A stretch of DNA of 64,000 nt from Malacoraja senta (taxonomy: Eukaryota), in assembly GCA_038087875.1 (NCBI GenBank), contig CM075990.1, positions 7,070,001 to 7,134,000 of the forward strand. Direction: 5' to 3'. The translations under genes and the position numbers were made by a program. How positions within the stretch are numbered: position 1 is the stretch's first letter; each line of letters begins with the position of its first letter. A model generated the notes under the pieces. The model was not told where the DNA came from. It saw nothing but the letters and a program-made list of their open reading frames with translations, and did no database searches. This document shows, one piece after another, positions 26,152-64,000 of the stretch.

Positions 26152-26410
26152 AGGCAGCACGGTGGTGCAGCAGTAGAGTTGCTGCCTTACAGCACCAGAG
26201 TCCCGGGTTCGATCCTGAGTACGGGTGTTTCTATGGTCTCCCTGTGACTGCGTGGGTTTTCTCCAGGTACCAATTTCCTTGCACACTCCAAAGATGCACA
26301 GGTTTGTAGATTAATTGGCTTCAGTAAAAATTGTAAATTGTGTGTAGGATAGTGCTAGTGTATGGGGATGATCGCTGGTTGGCGTGGACTCAGTGGGCCG
26401 AAGGGCTATA
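26152..26410 (+). mobile_element. HE1-like SINE
   Basis: A and B boxes, core, partial tail. Confidence 0.78.
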
Positions 26411-26524
26411 TCTGTGGATAATTGTTTGTTGGTGTGAGACTTTCATGTCTCCACTTTGTTAAATTGTCTATCTTTTAACGACACAGGATGGAAATGCAAC
26501 AATACTATACAGTATTCCTAATAA

Positions 26525-27648
26525 TTCAGTTCAGTTTAATTTATTGTCACGTGTACCGAGGTACAGCGAAAAGCTTTTGTTGTGTGCTATCCAGTCAGCA
26601 GCAAGACAATACGTGAATGCAATCGAGCCATTTACAATGTATAGATACATGATAAGGGAATAACAATTAGTGTAAGGTAAAGCCAGCAAAGTCCGATCAA
26701 GGATAGTCCAAGGGTCACCAAAAAGATAGTTGTTCAGGTCTGCTCTCTAGTTGTGGTAGGACGATTCCGTTGCCTGATAACAGCTGGGAAGAAACTGTCC
26801 CTGAATCTGGAGGTGTGCGTTTTCACACTTCTATACCTTTTGGATGATGTGAGAGGGGAGAAGAGGGAGTGGCCAGGGTGTGACTCGTCCTTGATTATGC
26901 TGCTGGCCTTGCTGAGGTAGCATGAGGTATAAGTAGGAGGGAGGTTGATTTGTGTGATGGTCTGGTCTGCATACGCAATTTGCTGCGATTTTATTTTTTG
27001 CGGTCTTGGATGGAGCTGTTCCCAAACTAAGCTGTGATGCATCCTGATAAACTGCTTTCTATGGTGCATCTGTTGAAGTTGGTGAGAGTTGTAGGGGACA
27101 TGCCAAACTACTTAAGCCTTCTAAGGAAGTAGAGGCGTTGGTGTGCTTTCTTGGTTGTTGCTTCAATATGGGTGGTCCAGGAGAAGTTGTTGGGAGATAT
27201 TGACTCTTAGACATTTGAAGTTTTCAACCATCTGTACTTCGGCACCATCAATTCAAACTGGGGTATGTGTATCGCTTCGCTTCCAGAAGTCGATCACTGT
27301 CTCCTTTGTCTTGTTGACAATGAGAGAAAGGTTGTTGTCTCGACACCAGGACACGAGGTTCTCGATCTCCTACCTGTACTCCAACTCATCATAATTTGAT
27401 ATCCGGCCCACAATGGTGGTGTCGTCTGCGAATTTGAAAATTAATTTAGATTTGTACAAGGCTGCACAGTCGTGGGTGTACAAGGAGTAAAAGAAGGGGG
27501 CTGAGAACGCATCCTTGCCGAGCACCCGTGTTGAGGATTATCGTGGAGGATGATTTGTCTGCTATCCTCACTGATTGGAGTCTGTTGGTCAGGAAGTCAA
27601 GGATCCAGTTGCAGAGAAGAGTGCTGACACCAAGTCCTGAGGGTTTGG
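26525..27648 (-). mobile_element. Rex1/Babar-type LINE, 5'-truncated
   Basis: Minus strand encodes [39 protein letters not shown] and HTSRFRDSFFPAVIR; ctgaa-type tail. Confidence 0.82.
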
Positions 27649-27944
27649 TAGGATATGTTAAATGTGCGGGTTAAGTATAGAGACTGAAGCCCTCCAGGAA
27701 TATTTCAACCTGCTGAACCATTATAGGTACAGTCTACTTTTTCAACTTAGCCTGGTATCCTTGAATACCTGCTCCATTTACAAGTTGCTAATAACTTGCT
27801 CCAAACCATCTAGGAAGCCGAGGAAGCAAACATAATATGTGCTCAATTTATATCATTTTCATCACTTTCCTTGTTCTACTTTTAAAATATTTGCATTCCT
27901 TGCAGGTTGGAGGGAGGCTCTTGCGTATGAATGCACATTGTTGA

Positions 27945-52441
<24,497 letters not shown>

Positions 52442-55400
52442 CTAGCCTTCCTCTCTCTGGGTTCTTACTGTTCGCGCTGAATGATAGAGAGGGACGACCA
52501 GCTTTTAAAAAGCTCTAATTGCATTTTAATTTTATTGGAATCGGTTTGCCATATAAATATGACTTTGAATTCTGTTGGATTTTGACACAGTAACTTAAAC
52601 ACAGCAACGTTTATTGTGGGGAACAACCCTAAAGCATGACTTGTACATTTGTAAAGGACTTGCATTTAACATCACTACATTTAAGTCTGTTTTGGAGGAA
52701 GAACAGAAAAATACAAATAAGCTCTGGCCTCCAGCCTGTTGAGGAGCAACTTAGTTAGGCTACGTGTCACTGTCGCATGAAGTGATTTCTGCCCTTTGAG
52801 TATTCTGGGAACATCTCTACTCCACTTGGCTAACTGCTAGTTGTGGACTAGGTCAATAAGTTACCATGTTTCAAGACCAGATTGCCAGTGTCCATAAATT
52901 CTGGTTGACTGTGGCTTGCCTACTTACACATCCAAAGCTAAGCCCGAGTGCGTTTTAAATTTTGATTCAGCCGTTTTGAGTCAGGCTACTGTGTACAGAG
53001 TTAAGAATAATGACACCAGTAAGAACAATCACCTCTCCACGCATAGGGCAGTGGAGGGAAGCAGAATTGAGATGTGAACACGTGGTTTTGAGAAGATTAG
53101 ATATCACAAGACTGAATGAGTGTTTTATTTTATCGAGTGCCAGCTCTGAATTCATTGTAATACGATCACATTGCCCCAAATGAGCTGTTCTTTCTAATTA
53201 CAAGTGATTTGGTTTAATTCCTTTCTATTATTCCAGTTCACAATGTAGAGTGCCCAGCAATAAAAAAAGTTTCATTTGTAGCTGGCTTTTCCTAACACAA
53301 AAAAAAGTCAACTTTGACGAGAATCCATGGCGTAGTGTTATATTCCAGGCAAACATAAGATCTATATCACTTATAAAGTGCATCATGTCTCCAGAGGTTT
53401 TTAAATAATTGATGAACTACCTCACACAATCAATGTACGATTTCAAGGACGTCGAGCTGCCCACTTTCTTACCAGTCAGTACAATATGGAACGTAACTTA
53501 TTTAATTTATTTCTGTTGTTAAAGAAGTCTCTGGTCCATCCCCAGAAGTTAGCCAAGTTCACAGCTGAAACCGTCGCCTCAGAGGAAATATTGTTCTACC
53601 TGTACTTTGTTAGAGAAATGTTTCATGTGTTTGTATATTTGTTTCCTCATAGTCAACCTGCAATAATATTTGCAAATTGTGATACAGATTTAATTGTAAA
53701 GATGGAAATAGCTGTGGTGTGGTAGACCTATTTTTGAGGATGGTGAGGGGATGATGGTGTTTTCTTCCTGTATAATGAGAAACACAATGGTAATAAGTGC
53801 CACGTTGGGTCGCTGAGGGCACCCTGTCTGGGTTAGTCTTCTTGGTGCATATATGTTGAATGATGTTCTTGCCTCCCTCCTCAATATTTCTGCCCCCCTC
53901 CTCCCCACCCCTCTACTAAATGGGGATATCCAGCGTGTACTGTTGGCATGTCTGAAGCAGAGTGGATATTATATATTAACTAATAAATAATATTGGGCGG
54001 CTCGGTGGCGTAGTGGTAGAGCTACTGCCTTACAGCGCCCGAGACCCGGGTGGGTGCTTGCCTCTATGGAGTTTGTACGTTCTCCCCGTGACCTGCGTGG
54101 ATTTACTCCGAGATCTTCTGTTTTCTCCCACACTCCAAAGACGTACAGGTTTGTAGGTTAATTGGCTTGGTATAAAAATGTAAAATTGTCCCTAGTGTGC
54201 GCGTGTATGGTAGTGTTAATGTGCAGGGATCACTGGTCGGTGCGGACTCTGTGGGCTAAAGGGCCTGTTTCCGCGCTGTATCTCTAAACTAAACTCAAAT
54301 CAAGGTAATGTTCATTTTAACAAACCCCATTCATCCTACTAATTGACAGTGTATGTACTGAAAACAGCTCGCTTCAGTTTCATAACAAAATGGAATGATT
54401 TATTTCATTTTATGAGTGCTCATGTAATAAGCGTAGCTTAATGGGTTCGTGGGATGTTCACAGTGGTACAACGATCTAACGTGAGCAATTTCCCAGAGCG
54501 TAGGATAACTTACAGTCTCTTAACCTTCTAGTTCAAAACAGCTTGTGAAATAGTAACTCCTTCTATCAAAGATTCTCTCAACCACACTGAACACACTCAG
54601 AGCTTAATCCTTTTGTGCTAGGAGTGGATCATCCTTTAACACTGGTGATTACAGGTGGGAATAAGATTTAAATACCTGTCTGCTTATACTGATTACAGTC
54701 GGTTTAAACACAAGTTAAATCATGTTGAGGGTTTCATGAAAATGTTCCGCCCTTCTGGCATAATTTAATAGAACTCTGAAATTTGAACCAGGCTGCAAAT
54801 TAGATGCTAACTTCAGTTTTATTTATAACCTATAGATTTTGATAATTATGTAAACATGAAGCTCAATATATCACACTGTTTGGGCATCACAGCTGCCCGC
54901 TTGGTGCAGTGAAATTACCCGCTAAATTATGGTTCAAAAAGAAGAAAATATAAGTGCTGGAAATTCTCCACACGAACATAATAACAAAAAAGCAGTCAAT
55001 CAGCAGCTGAAAGTGAAACTGGTTAAAGTTTGTCACCACATTCAGCTATCAACATGAAAATGGAAGCCAGTCTATTCATGGAGTCCACCATCCTGTTCTG
55101 AATTTTGCAGTATTTTCTGTTTCCATTACAGTTTGTTTCAAACCAAGAGATCACAAAAATATGCTGCAGTGGTCCTGAGTGTTGTGTGTTTTACATTTAA
55201 ATTACTACTTAAAAACAAAATATCTTATCTTGTTCATCAGTGTTTATTCTCCTCTTCCCCTCCCTCAGTGAAAATCAGTCTCACCATTTTCTCATCATTT
55301 AACTCTGTGTGTGTGTGTGTGAGATACACAAATAATTATGCTGTCAGTGCCAAATTTGTAAGGGGGCGGAAGAAATGGTTTCTTTTCACTAATTCATACA

Positions 55401-55600
55401 CAAAATTTGTCATTCAGTCGCATATTATCCTCTCTGTGGATTAATTCCTACAGTAAGCTCTTTTTTTAAAATACCCACTGTGACCCTCAGTAGTCCCAAC
55501 ATTTTACGTGAAGCTACACTTTGTGAATTTGTATTTCATGCTTTGTCGATGCACCATGATCTTCCAATATGGGAAAAATAAATGTTGGAAGTGTAACTCT
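52442..55600 (+). promoter_or_regulatory. Probable MAPK8 3' UTR with candidate polyadenylation signals
   Basis: About 1.5 kb after the stop has no recognisable repeats. AATAAA at 53259, 53982 and 55577; AU-rich ttatttaatttatt near 53498. The true 3' end cannot be determined from sequence. Confidence 0.5.
53994..54297 (+). mobile_element. HE1-like SINE downstream of the MAPK8 stop
   Basis: gggcggctcggtggcgtagtggtagag head ... gtatctctaaactaaac tail. Confidence 0.82.
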
Positions 55601-56644
55601 CTTGGATCTGACGTGTCTTGCCTGGGTGGATGGATGCGAGAGTGGGAACATTGGCAGGAGGAATGCAACTTGAGAAAAATGATCACGTCTGCAGAAGGGT
55701 CTCGACCCGAAACGTCACCCATTCCTTCTCTCCAGAGATGCTGCCCAAAATGGCGGAGGTTCCCCTCCATTGCGCACTACACGTCAGTCCATTGGATTTT
55801 GCAGGAGTGGTCTATCATAGCCTTCTATGATATTTGATGCTGCCTGTCCTGCTGAGTTACACCAGCATTTTGTGTCTACCTTCAAAATGATCAAGTGACT
55901 CTGTTTCCCCCAAGGAGGTTCATTGTAACACCGGGATAGTCTTAAAATTGCTGCAATCGTCCCAGAATTAGCAGAGGAAGGAAGCACTCCACCTTGCAGT
56001 CTGCTTGCCTGCCCCATCACCTACTTCCTGCCCCATCTGTGGAAGATTCTGTGGGCTTCACTTGGGGTCTCATCAACCACTTCTGAACCCACAATATCAG
56101 GATGGAAGCAAGTCTTCCACAATCCCATGTCACTGCCCAAGAAGAGATAATTGAGTTTTTCCAGCTGCAACTGAAACACTGAGCTGGTGGGTGGGCATGT
56201 TGCTGGAATTCCCAGCTCTTGTATCTACAGGACCCAAGATACCACTTCAGAAATTTCCCAGGAAGGAAATAAACATGAGTTTTTATACCACTAGCGTTTA
56301 TTATAATGTTTTTTTTCCGCTAATTTTATTTTTCTAATTTGGATTTACCCATTTGGATACATTTTAGTTTTGGAGATACACCATGGAAACAGGCCATTCG
56401 GCCCACCGACCTCACGCCAATTATCAGTCACCTGTTTACACTAGTTGTGTGTTATCGCACTTAATCATTCCCTACCCGTTAGGGGTAATTTACAGAGGCC
56501 AATTAACCTACAAATCGGCACATCTTTGGGATGTGAGAGGAAATCAGAGCACCGGGAGAAACGTGGTCACAGGGAGAACGTGCAAACTCCATGCATTCAG
56601 CACTGAGGTCAGGATCAATCCCGGATCTCTGGCACAGTGAAGTC

Positions 56645-57290
56645 ACAGATAATAGGAGCAGAATGAGTCCATTCGGCCCATCAAGTCTACTCTGCCATTC
56701 AATCAAGGCTGAACTATCCCTCACCGCATTCTCCTTCTTTATCCCCATAACCCCTGACACCCGTACTAATCAAGAATCTATCTCTGCCTTTAAAATATCC
56801 ATTGACTTGGCTTCCACAGCCTTCTGTGGCAAAGAATTCCACAGATTCACCACCTTCCTCGTCTCCTACCAAAAGGAATGTCATTATGACCTAGACTCCC
56901 ACTAGTAGAAACATCCACTCTATCCAAGCCTTTCACTATTCGGTAAGTTTCAATGAGGTCCCCCCTCATTCTTCTAAACACCAACAAGTGTAGGCCCAGT
57001 GCCGTCAAACGTTCATCATAATTCCTAGGATAATTCTTGTAAACCTCCTCTGGACCCTCTCCAGAACCAGCACATCCTCAGATTGGTGCCCAAAATTGCT
57101 CACAATACTCCAAATGCGGCATGACCAGTGCCTTATAGAGCCTCAGCATTACATCCCTGTTTTTGTATTCTAGCCCTCTTTAAATAAATACTAGCATTAC
57201 ATTTGCCTTTACTACCGATTCGACTTGCAAATGAACTATTTGGGAATCCTGCATTAGCACTCCCAAGTCGATTTGCACCACCTGATTTCT
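56645..57290 (-). mobile_element. CR1-type LINE 3' portion
   Basis: Same family as 13385-13525 ([16 protein letters not shown]); ctggaccctctcc and aaggcttggatagagtgg on the minus strand. Confidence 0.8.
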
Positions 57291-58696
57291 GGAGGTAGCA
57301 GCTCTACAAGTTGTGCTACTCTTAAACTTTGGCCGTTCAGCAGGTGTGTGTTTGACCCACCATGACATAATCGGGTCATATGGGAGAACTGTCTCGTTCA
57401 GCAAAGATAGACACAAAATGCTGGAGTAACTCGGAGGGACAGGCAGCATCTCTGGATGGAAGGAATGGGTGACGTTTACCATCACGTCAATTTACGGTGA
57501 ATTTCTTTTTTTGCATACAGTTCAGTAACAATCCCTCCATACATAGGCACAATCTTACTTACGTATAAGATTGTAAGATATGGATTACCCTGCAGTGGTA
57601 CACAGGAGTTGCCATGTTTCTGGGTAACATTCTTGTACCCTTCAAGTTCAGAAATGTTAAGAATGTTGGATTCTTAACTTCACCATGAATGCCTGTTGTC
57701 CTGGATTACAGCACTGGTTTGGAGTTGCAGAGGTCGACCTGGCCAGGCCATATTGTTGATTCCCTCCACCGACACCTGATCTAATCGAGCCCCAGGCTGC
57801 AGCAAGGCCTCCAGCGGCCCACTCCAGCAACACCCTCAATCCACTCTATTTTAAACCCTCCCCAGTAGCACTTCCTCACCTCACATGGCCACCACTCAGC
57901 CTCCCTGCCCCATGACACCTCCCACAGCCGGCCTTGGAACACCCAGAGCATCCCATACGTCAGGCAGAAATAAATAGATTCTTGATTAGTATGGGTGCCA
58001 GAGTTATGGGGAGAAGGCAGAAGAATGGGGTGTGGAAGGAGAGATAGATCAGCCATGATTGAATGGCGGAGTAGACTTGATGGGCCAAATAGCCTAATTC
58101 TACTGCAATCACTTATGGCCTTATGATGATGTCCAAAGGCACGGGAGGTGAGCCCCAGTCTGATCACCGGCGGGTTGTTCTCTTCCCGCCACCGCTATCT
58201 TGAAGGCTTTCAGCCCTGACCTTGGGGCTAACCAATATCCTTGCAGGGACATTTGCTTTTGCTACTGGGGAGAGTTTCAACTTGAGTTGCAGAGGTGTGG
58301 GAGCCAGAGCAACAGGTCAGTAAGTGGAGGGACTGATGGGAAGATGGAGGTTCAGCCTGAAGAAGGGTCTCAACCCGAAACGTCACCCATTCCTTCTATC
58401 CAGATATGCTGCCTGTCCCGCTAAGTTACTCCAGCATTTTGTGTCTACCTTTGGTGTAAACGAGCATCTGAAGTTCATTCCTACACATTATGACAAACAA
58501 GTCTGAAAGGAAAGACACGTTAAAGAACATGGTGATATTGATGGGCTGTGTGTTCAGTTCAAAGCAACACATATTATAGGTAAAGCTGGTGAACCTAGAC
58601 CCTCAATCAGTGCATCCTTGCAGGATATGTGCTCATTAATATGTCCCCATTATAGAGACATGGTGGTAAGAGGGCCAGTGTTTTAGGCATGACAGG

Positions 58697-59385
58697 TTTA
58701 GTTTTAGAGATACAGTGCGGAATCAGGCCCACCGGGTCCACGCCGACCAGCGATCCCCGCATATTAACACTATCCTACACACACTAGGGTCAATGTTTAC
58801 ATTTACCAAGCTAATTGACCTACAAACCTGTACATCTTTGGAGTGTGGGAGGAAATCGAAGAACTTGGAGAAAACCCATGCAGGTCACGGGGAGAAAGTA
58901 CAAACTCCGTACGGACAGCACCTGTCGGTGGGATCGAACCCGGGTCTCCGACACTGCAAACGCTGCGCCACCGTGCCGCCCGAGAGGGAGAGGTTGAGAA
59001 GTTGCATTACTAATCAGTGACAATGTCACAGCTGGACTGAGGTGATGTGGGTAGAGCTAAAGAATAACACGGGGGCACTCACTGATCAGTTTAAAGGTAT
59101 AGCATGGAAACAGGCCTTTCAGCCCACCGATGCCAAGCTGACCGTTGATCACCTGTCAACGTGTGTGTAGTTCTACCCGGCACACTGGGGATAATTTACA
59201 GCAGCCAATTAACCTGCAAACCTTCACGTCTTTGGAATGTTGGAGGAAACTGGAGCACCCGAAGAAAGCCCACACGGTCATAGGGTGAACGTACAATCTC
59301 TGTACAGACTTCACCTGTAGTCAGGATCGAACCCGAGTCTCTAGCGCTGTGAAGGAGCAACTCTACCGCTGTGCCACCGTGCTGC
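58697..59385 (-). mobile_element. Two HE1-like SINEs (58697-58981 and about 59090-59385)
   Basis: Tail, core and head motifs on the minus strand. Confidence 0.78.
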
Positions 59386-59557
59386 TGCCTTATATTATAG
59401 GCCTTCCACTAGCCAGCGCAAGATAGAGGAACGGATATGTAGACAGATTTAAAAAACATGTAAAAGCAACAGGTTATCTTAGTGGGTGACTTTAATCGTC
59501 AATCTTGGGAAATGAGGCTGACCAGATGAAGTGGCAAAAATCACATTTAGGCAGGAG

Positions 59558-59779
59558 ATAGACACAAAATGCTGGAGTAACTCAGTGGGACAGGCAGCTT
59601 CTTTGGAGAGAATGAATGGGTGACGTTTCAGGTCGAGACCCTTCCTCAGACCGGGTCTCGACCCAAAACGTCACCCATTCCTTCTCTCCATTGATGCTGC
59701 CTGTCCCACTGAGTTACTCCAGCATTTTTGTGTGTATCTCAGGTGTAAACCAGCATCTGCTGTTCCTTCCTACACTTTA
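59558..59779. mobile_element. Palindromic Penelope terminal-repeat insertion
   Basis: Inverted arms; TSD ttaggcaggag at 59547 and 59780. Confidence 0.8.
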
Positions 59780-60754
59780 TTAGGCAGGAGCTTGATGAGT
59801 TAATCGGGTGCAGCTGTTACTGGGGAAAGTCCTCAGCAGACATGTGGAAGTCGTTTAAAGAGCAGCTGATTGGAGTTCTGGCATATTCCAGCAAGGAGGA
59901 GGAACAAGTAAGGTAAGGGAAGGGAACCTCTGATGTTGAGAGAGAATGGACATTTAGTCAAAAAGGAATTGGAAGGTTTAGGCTGATTAAATCAGACATT
60001 GCCTTTGAGGAATTTAAAGGAAGCAGGGGGGACCTTAAACATGGAGTTAGGAGGCTGGAAGAGGCAGTGAAATATGACTCGGGTTAGATTAAACAGTGTC
60101 TCAAGGCATTTAAAAACAAGAGGGTGGGGCCACTCAAAGATAAAAGGAAGGGGAGGGGGAGAATTTATGCTTGAAGTCATAGTGTGCAGGCAAGTTGCTA
60201 AAGGAGTAGTTTGCATTGTCCTTCACTGAGGAGAAGGACTTGGAGAGTAGTGAACAGTGTGAGGTATGGACTATGCCAAAGCATTTTGACATCAGAGGTA
60301 GTGGTGTTAGGTCTCTTGAAGAGAATTAAGATAGATTAGTCTCCAGGACCTGATGGAATCTATCCCAGTTTATTGAACGGGGCAGGAGAGGTGAATGATA
60401 GGACCTCTTGACAAAGATTGTTGTATCTGCACTAATCACACGTAGCCATTGTTGTTCCTTTGTTTGGGAAGAGATGTCGGAATAATCCAGGAAGTTATAG
60501 ACTGTGAGCCTGGCATCTGTGGTAGGGAAATGTTTGCAAGGGTTCTCAGGGATAGGATTTACTTACACATCAAGTCGCCTTTGTTTTAATTGCTTCAAAT
60601 ACATTTTTACGATCAGCTAAAATGGGAGATTTTACACAAAGGAGTAACTCAGCGGGACAGGCAGCATCTCTGGATAAGAGGAATGGGTGACGTTTTGGGT
60701 TGAGACCCTTCTGAAATAGGAGTTCTGTTGACGGGTATGTTATGCATGAGTAAA

Positions 60755-61042
60755 GTTTAGTTTAGAGATACAGCGTGAAAACAGGCCCTTCGGCCCACCG
60801 GGTCCGCACCGACCAGCAATCCCCGTACACTAACCCTGTCCTACACACACACTTATACCAAGCCAAGTAACCTACTTCTTTGGAGTATGGGAGGAAACTG
60901 AAGATCTCGGAGAAAACCCACGGGGCCACTGAGCGAATGCACAAACTCCGTACAGACAGCGCCCATAGTCAGGATCGAACCCGGGTCTCTGGTGCTGCAA
61001 GTGCTGTAAGGCAGCGACTCTACCCCTGCGCCACCTTGCCGA
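60755..61042 (-). mobile_element. HE1-like SINE
   Basis: Tail, core and head motifs on the minus strand. Confidence 0.8.
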
Positions 61043-62146
61043 CCCCAAGTGGTGATGATAATAGTGGTAATGCATGAAAGGATAATTAAAGGAGTCTATT
61101 GTTCCCGGCAAGGGCAAGGTTGTTTTAAAAAGCCACACGAAATTGCGACATACTTGTGCGGGGTGGAAACAGTCTCTATGACTCAAAGTTCACACTTAGC
61201 GTCAGGCACACATCTATACCTTTCTTCCACCAATCCCATTTTAATTATGTCACATTCCCATCAATTCCTCCCCCACCCCCAGAATCTGCAGCTCATCCGC
61301 ACACTTGGGGCAATTTACAGCTGCCAAGTATTTTATCCAAAAATATAATTTATTCAGAATAAAAATATATACAAAATACAAAAATGTGCAAAGCTCTTCT
61401 GACATTTCTCGCATCTATGCATTTATGTGTGTCATGCTCTATAGTGCTCGCACTTGTTTTTAAACACAACCCCCTTTCCACTGGGGTGATATCCCTTCTC
61501 TCATTTGAGGGGGGGGGGTCCCCACTAGACTCTGCCCGTCAGTGTCCTGTGGTAGACTGTGGACCTCTCCCACGGAGCCTTGGCGTTGGCTGCACCGAGC
61601 CTCAATGCGTCCCTCAGCACACACTCCTGCACTCTGGAGCGGGCCAGTGGGCAACATCCCCCGACGGACATCTCGCTCTGCTGGGAGGCCAAGTTTCTGG
61701 CAGACCAAAGACTGCCTTTCAGTGAGTTGATGACCTATCATCAGCACTTGATGTCTGTAAATCAGAGAGGCCTCTGTTACAGAGCTGTTCATGTAACTGT
61801 AACAAGGACCCTTGCATCATTCTCCAGGTTCTCTCTGCAAAACCACACTCTGCGAAGAGGTGGGCAACCGTCTCCTCTCCGTAGCAGCCGTCCCGAGGGC
61901 AGCCTGCATCGGTAATCAGATTCGGACGGTGCAGGAAATACCAAGTGACCTACAAAGCTGCTCATCTCTGGGATGCGGGAAGAAAGTGGAGTACCCAGGG
62001 GAAACTCTCACAGTCACAGGGTGTACAGGGACACAATAGGCCATGGCAGACAATGGGGTAAAGAGGAGCGTGGGCTGAGGCACATCAGCCCAAGATGTAG
62101 GATGATCTTCAAGCCTGGATGAGGGGCCTCTCTCTCTTTAAACCAG

Positions 62147-62918
62147 TCAATGGTTCAATGGTCCTTTATTGTCACGTGTAGTGAGATACAGCGAAATCTG
62201 ATTTACCGTACAGTCATACAAAGAAAAAGCAACACGATACATAACTACATGAAGGTTAAGCATAGACTTAAACATCCAACACAGCGGCGAGTGAGAATCC
62301 CAATGCACACAGCATAAGCGGAGACCCACAGCCACCAGTTCAATGTCCGCGCCACACACACGCTCCTTGTACCGACTGCTGTGACTCTCGCTGCAGTCCC
62401 TGTCCGCTCGAACAGTCAGAAAGACGTCCACACTCGCACCAGGCTCTGGGATGTCCTCACAAAGCCATGTCCCCGCAAACACCGAGATCACTGCACTCAC
62501 AGCACTCCCTCCGAGTCCCCACCAGCGCAGGCAGCACGTCCATCTCGGCGACCTCACATTCCCCACCGTGATGGAAGGCAAGTAACGCATACCTTCTTTC
62601 CTCCTTTTCTCCCGCGGTCGGGGCGAGCGAAACATCGACAGTCGGGGCGATCGAAGCTCCCGCAGTCTGCGATCGAAACCCCGGCGTCGGGGAGATCGAA
62701 GCCCCCGCGATGTTAAGGCCGCAGTGTGGATGGAGATATGATACGAAAAAAGTTGCATCTCTGTCGAGGGAAGATATAAAAAAGTTCCCCCAACCCCAAA
62801 TAATACAACAACTAAAGATACACTAAAACATACAAGTAAAAACAGACTAAAAGCAACAAAAAAAAGAGCGACGAGACAGGCTGTTGGCGAGGCTGCCATG
62901 TACGGAGCCACCCGGTGG
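62147..62918 (-). mobile_element. Internally deleted Rex1/Babar-like element (5' UTR and start of endonuclease joined to the 3' tail)
   Basis: YLPSITVGNVRS..., FAGTWLCEDIP, TVRADRDCSES, CGADIELVAV, then directly the 3' UTR also seen at 26540 and a ccattgaa tail. Confidence 0.65.
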
Positions 62919-64000
62919 CAGTGACCAGTTGCAAATAAAGTGACCTTCCAGTGAGCCGATGCCTGGAAACTGTCCAGCAACCACTCCACGGACTCCAGGG
63001 GAAGGGGAAATGCAGATAGGTTTACACTGGGCAGTGCAAAAATCGATATATGCTTTGTGTTTATGAACATCTGTTGTAGGTTTATAAACAGCTGCCCCAG
63101 GACTTGTCTCTCAAGTTGGCAAATTTGTAATAACGAGAATAATAAAAAATAATGTCTGAAGAAGGGTCTCGACCAGAAACGTCACCCATTTCTTTCCAGA
63201 GATGCTGCCTGTCCCATTGAGTTACTCCAGCATTTTGTATCTATCTTTGATTTAAACCAGCATCTGCAGTTCCTTCCTACCCATTGCAATAAAGAGAGCT
63301 TGTTCTGAAAGTAAACCCCAGACTCCATATGAATTGTTCCTATTAACTCAGGGAGAACATGCAGACTCCACATGGACAGTACCTGAGGTCAAGATTGAAC
63401 CCAGGTTGCTGGAGCTATGAGGCAGGAGCTCTATCAGCTGCATGACTGCACTGCCCATATTTGGAAGGATATGTATTCTACCATAAAATATTAGGCAAAT
63501 CATTGCTTAATGGCAAATTAGACATTAGGGTTTGGCTTACAAGGATTTCTTGAGAAGACTGTCTATCTGATGTTAAATAGTTCATAAGAACCTGAATCAT
63601 TAAATAATTTATTTCTGACTGCTTAACAATTGTTTTTCTTGCCGAGTTACAAAAATATTAATTCTAAAACTAAATCAATAGCTTTTGATTCATGGAATTA
63701 AAAGGTAGATGTTCCAATTAACCACAAAGATTCGACATTAGCATTTTACAAAGCTTAAATTTGAATTTAAAATGTCATGAAATCTAACCTGCTAGAACAT
63801 AGACAACTTAATCCTTTCATTTATCTTCAACATTTTACGCAAGGCAAGCTATAGGCTATTGCTGTCAGTGCAATAAGCAGTTCTTTTGGAGAATTTCATT
63901 CGTGGAAATAACATGTTCCGTTGGTCTAGTCCACCAGGCAGTAGTGTGCATAGAGCGGTAAAGAAGGTATCAGATATACTTGCCTTCATTGCTCCCAGCA

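Larger units (their letters stand above)
58500..60560 (+). mobile_element. Old CR1-type LINE (endonuclease to RT region) fragmented by SINE and Penelope insertions
   Basis: gtgatgtgggtagagctaaagaat, gtgggtgactttaat (GDFN), agtctccaggacctgatggaatctatccc (SPGPDG), aataatccaggaagttatagactgtgagcctg (NYRPVSL-like). Confidence 0.65.

Overview
Vertebrate genomic DNA, very probably from a cartilaginous fish (skate/ray), judged from HE1-like V-SINEs, HER1/CR1, Rex1/Babar and Penelope repeats. The only host gene seen is MAPK8 (JNK1) on the + strand. Seven coding exons with GT/AG sites can be read between 27960 and 52441, including the tandem 3' acceptor that gives the p46 and p54 isoforms. The central kinase exons (about residues 151-332) are absent and most likely lie in the N gap at 37250-37448. 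The first 27.9 kb looks like 5'-UTR intron, and the rest is transposon-rich. Main observations: (1) a UGA-CUAG stop-codon readthrough context with a 13-residue extension after the p54 stop, a feature known from MAPK10; (2) many Penelope-derived minimal hammerhead-ribozyme motifs, including a tandem, dimer-compatible pair in sense orientation just after the first coding exon; (3) TSD-flanked palindromic insertions of that unit; (4) a P94S change in the conserved FTP motif; (5) two uORFs; (6) a 120-bp long-range inverted repeat; (7) a perfect 301-bp tandem duplication; (8) a 24-nt templated inverted insertion. Repeat boundaries are approximate, and family names come from motif recognition, not database searches.
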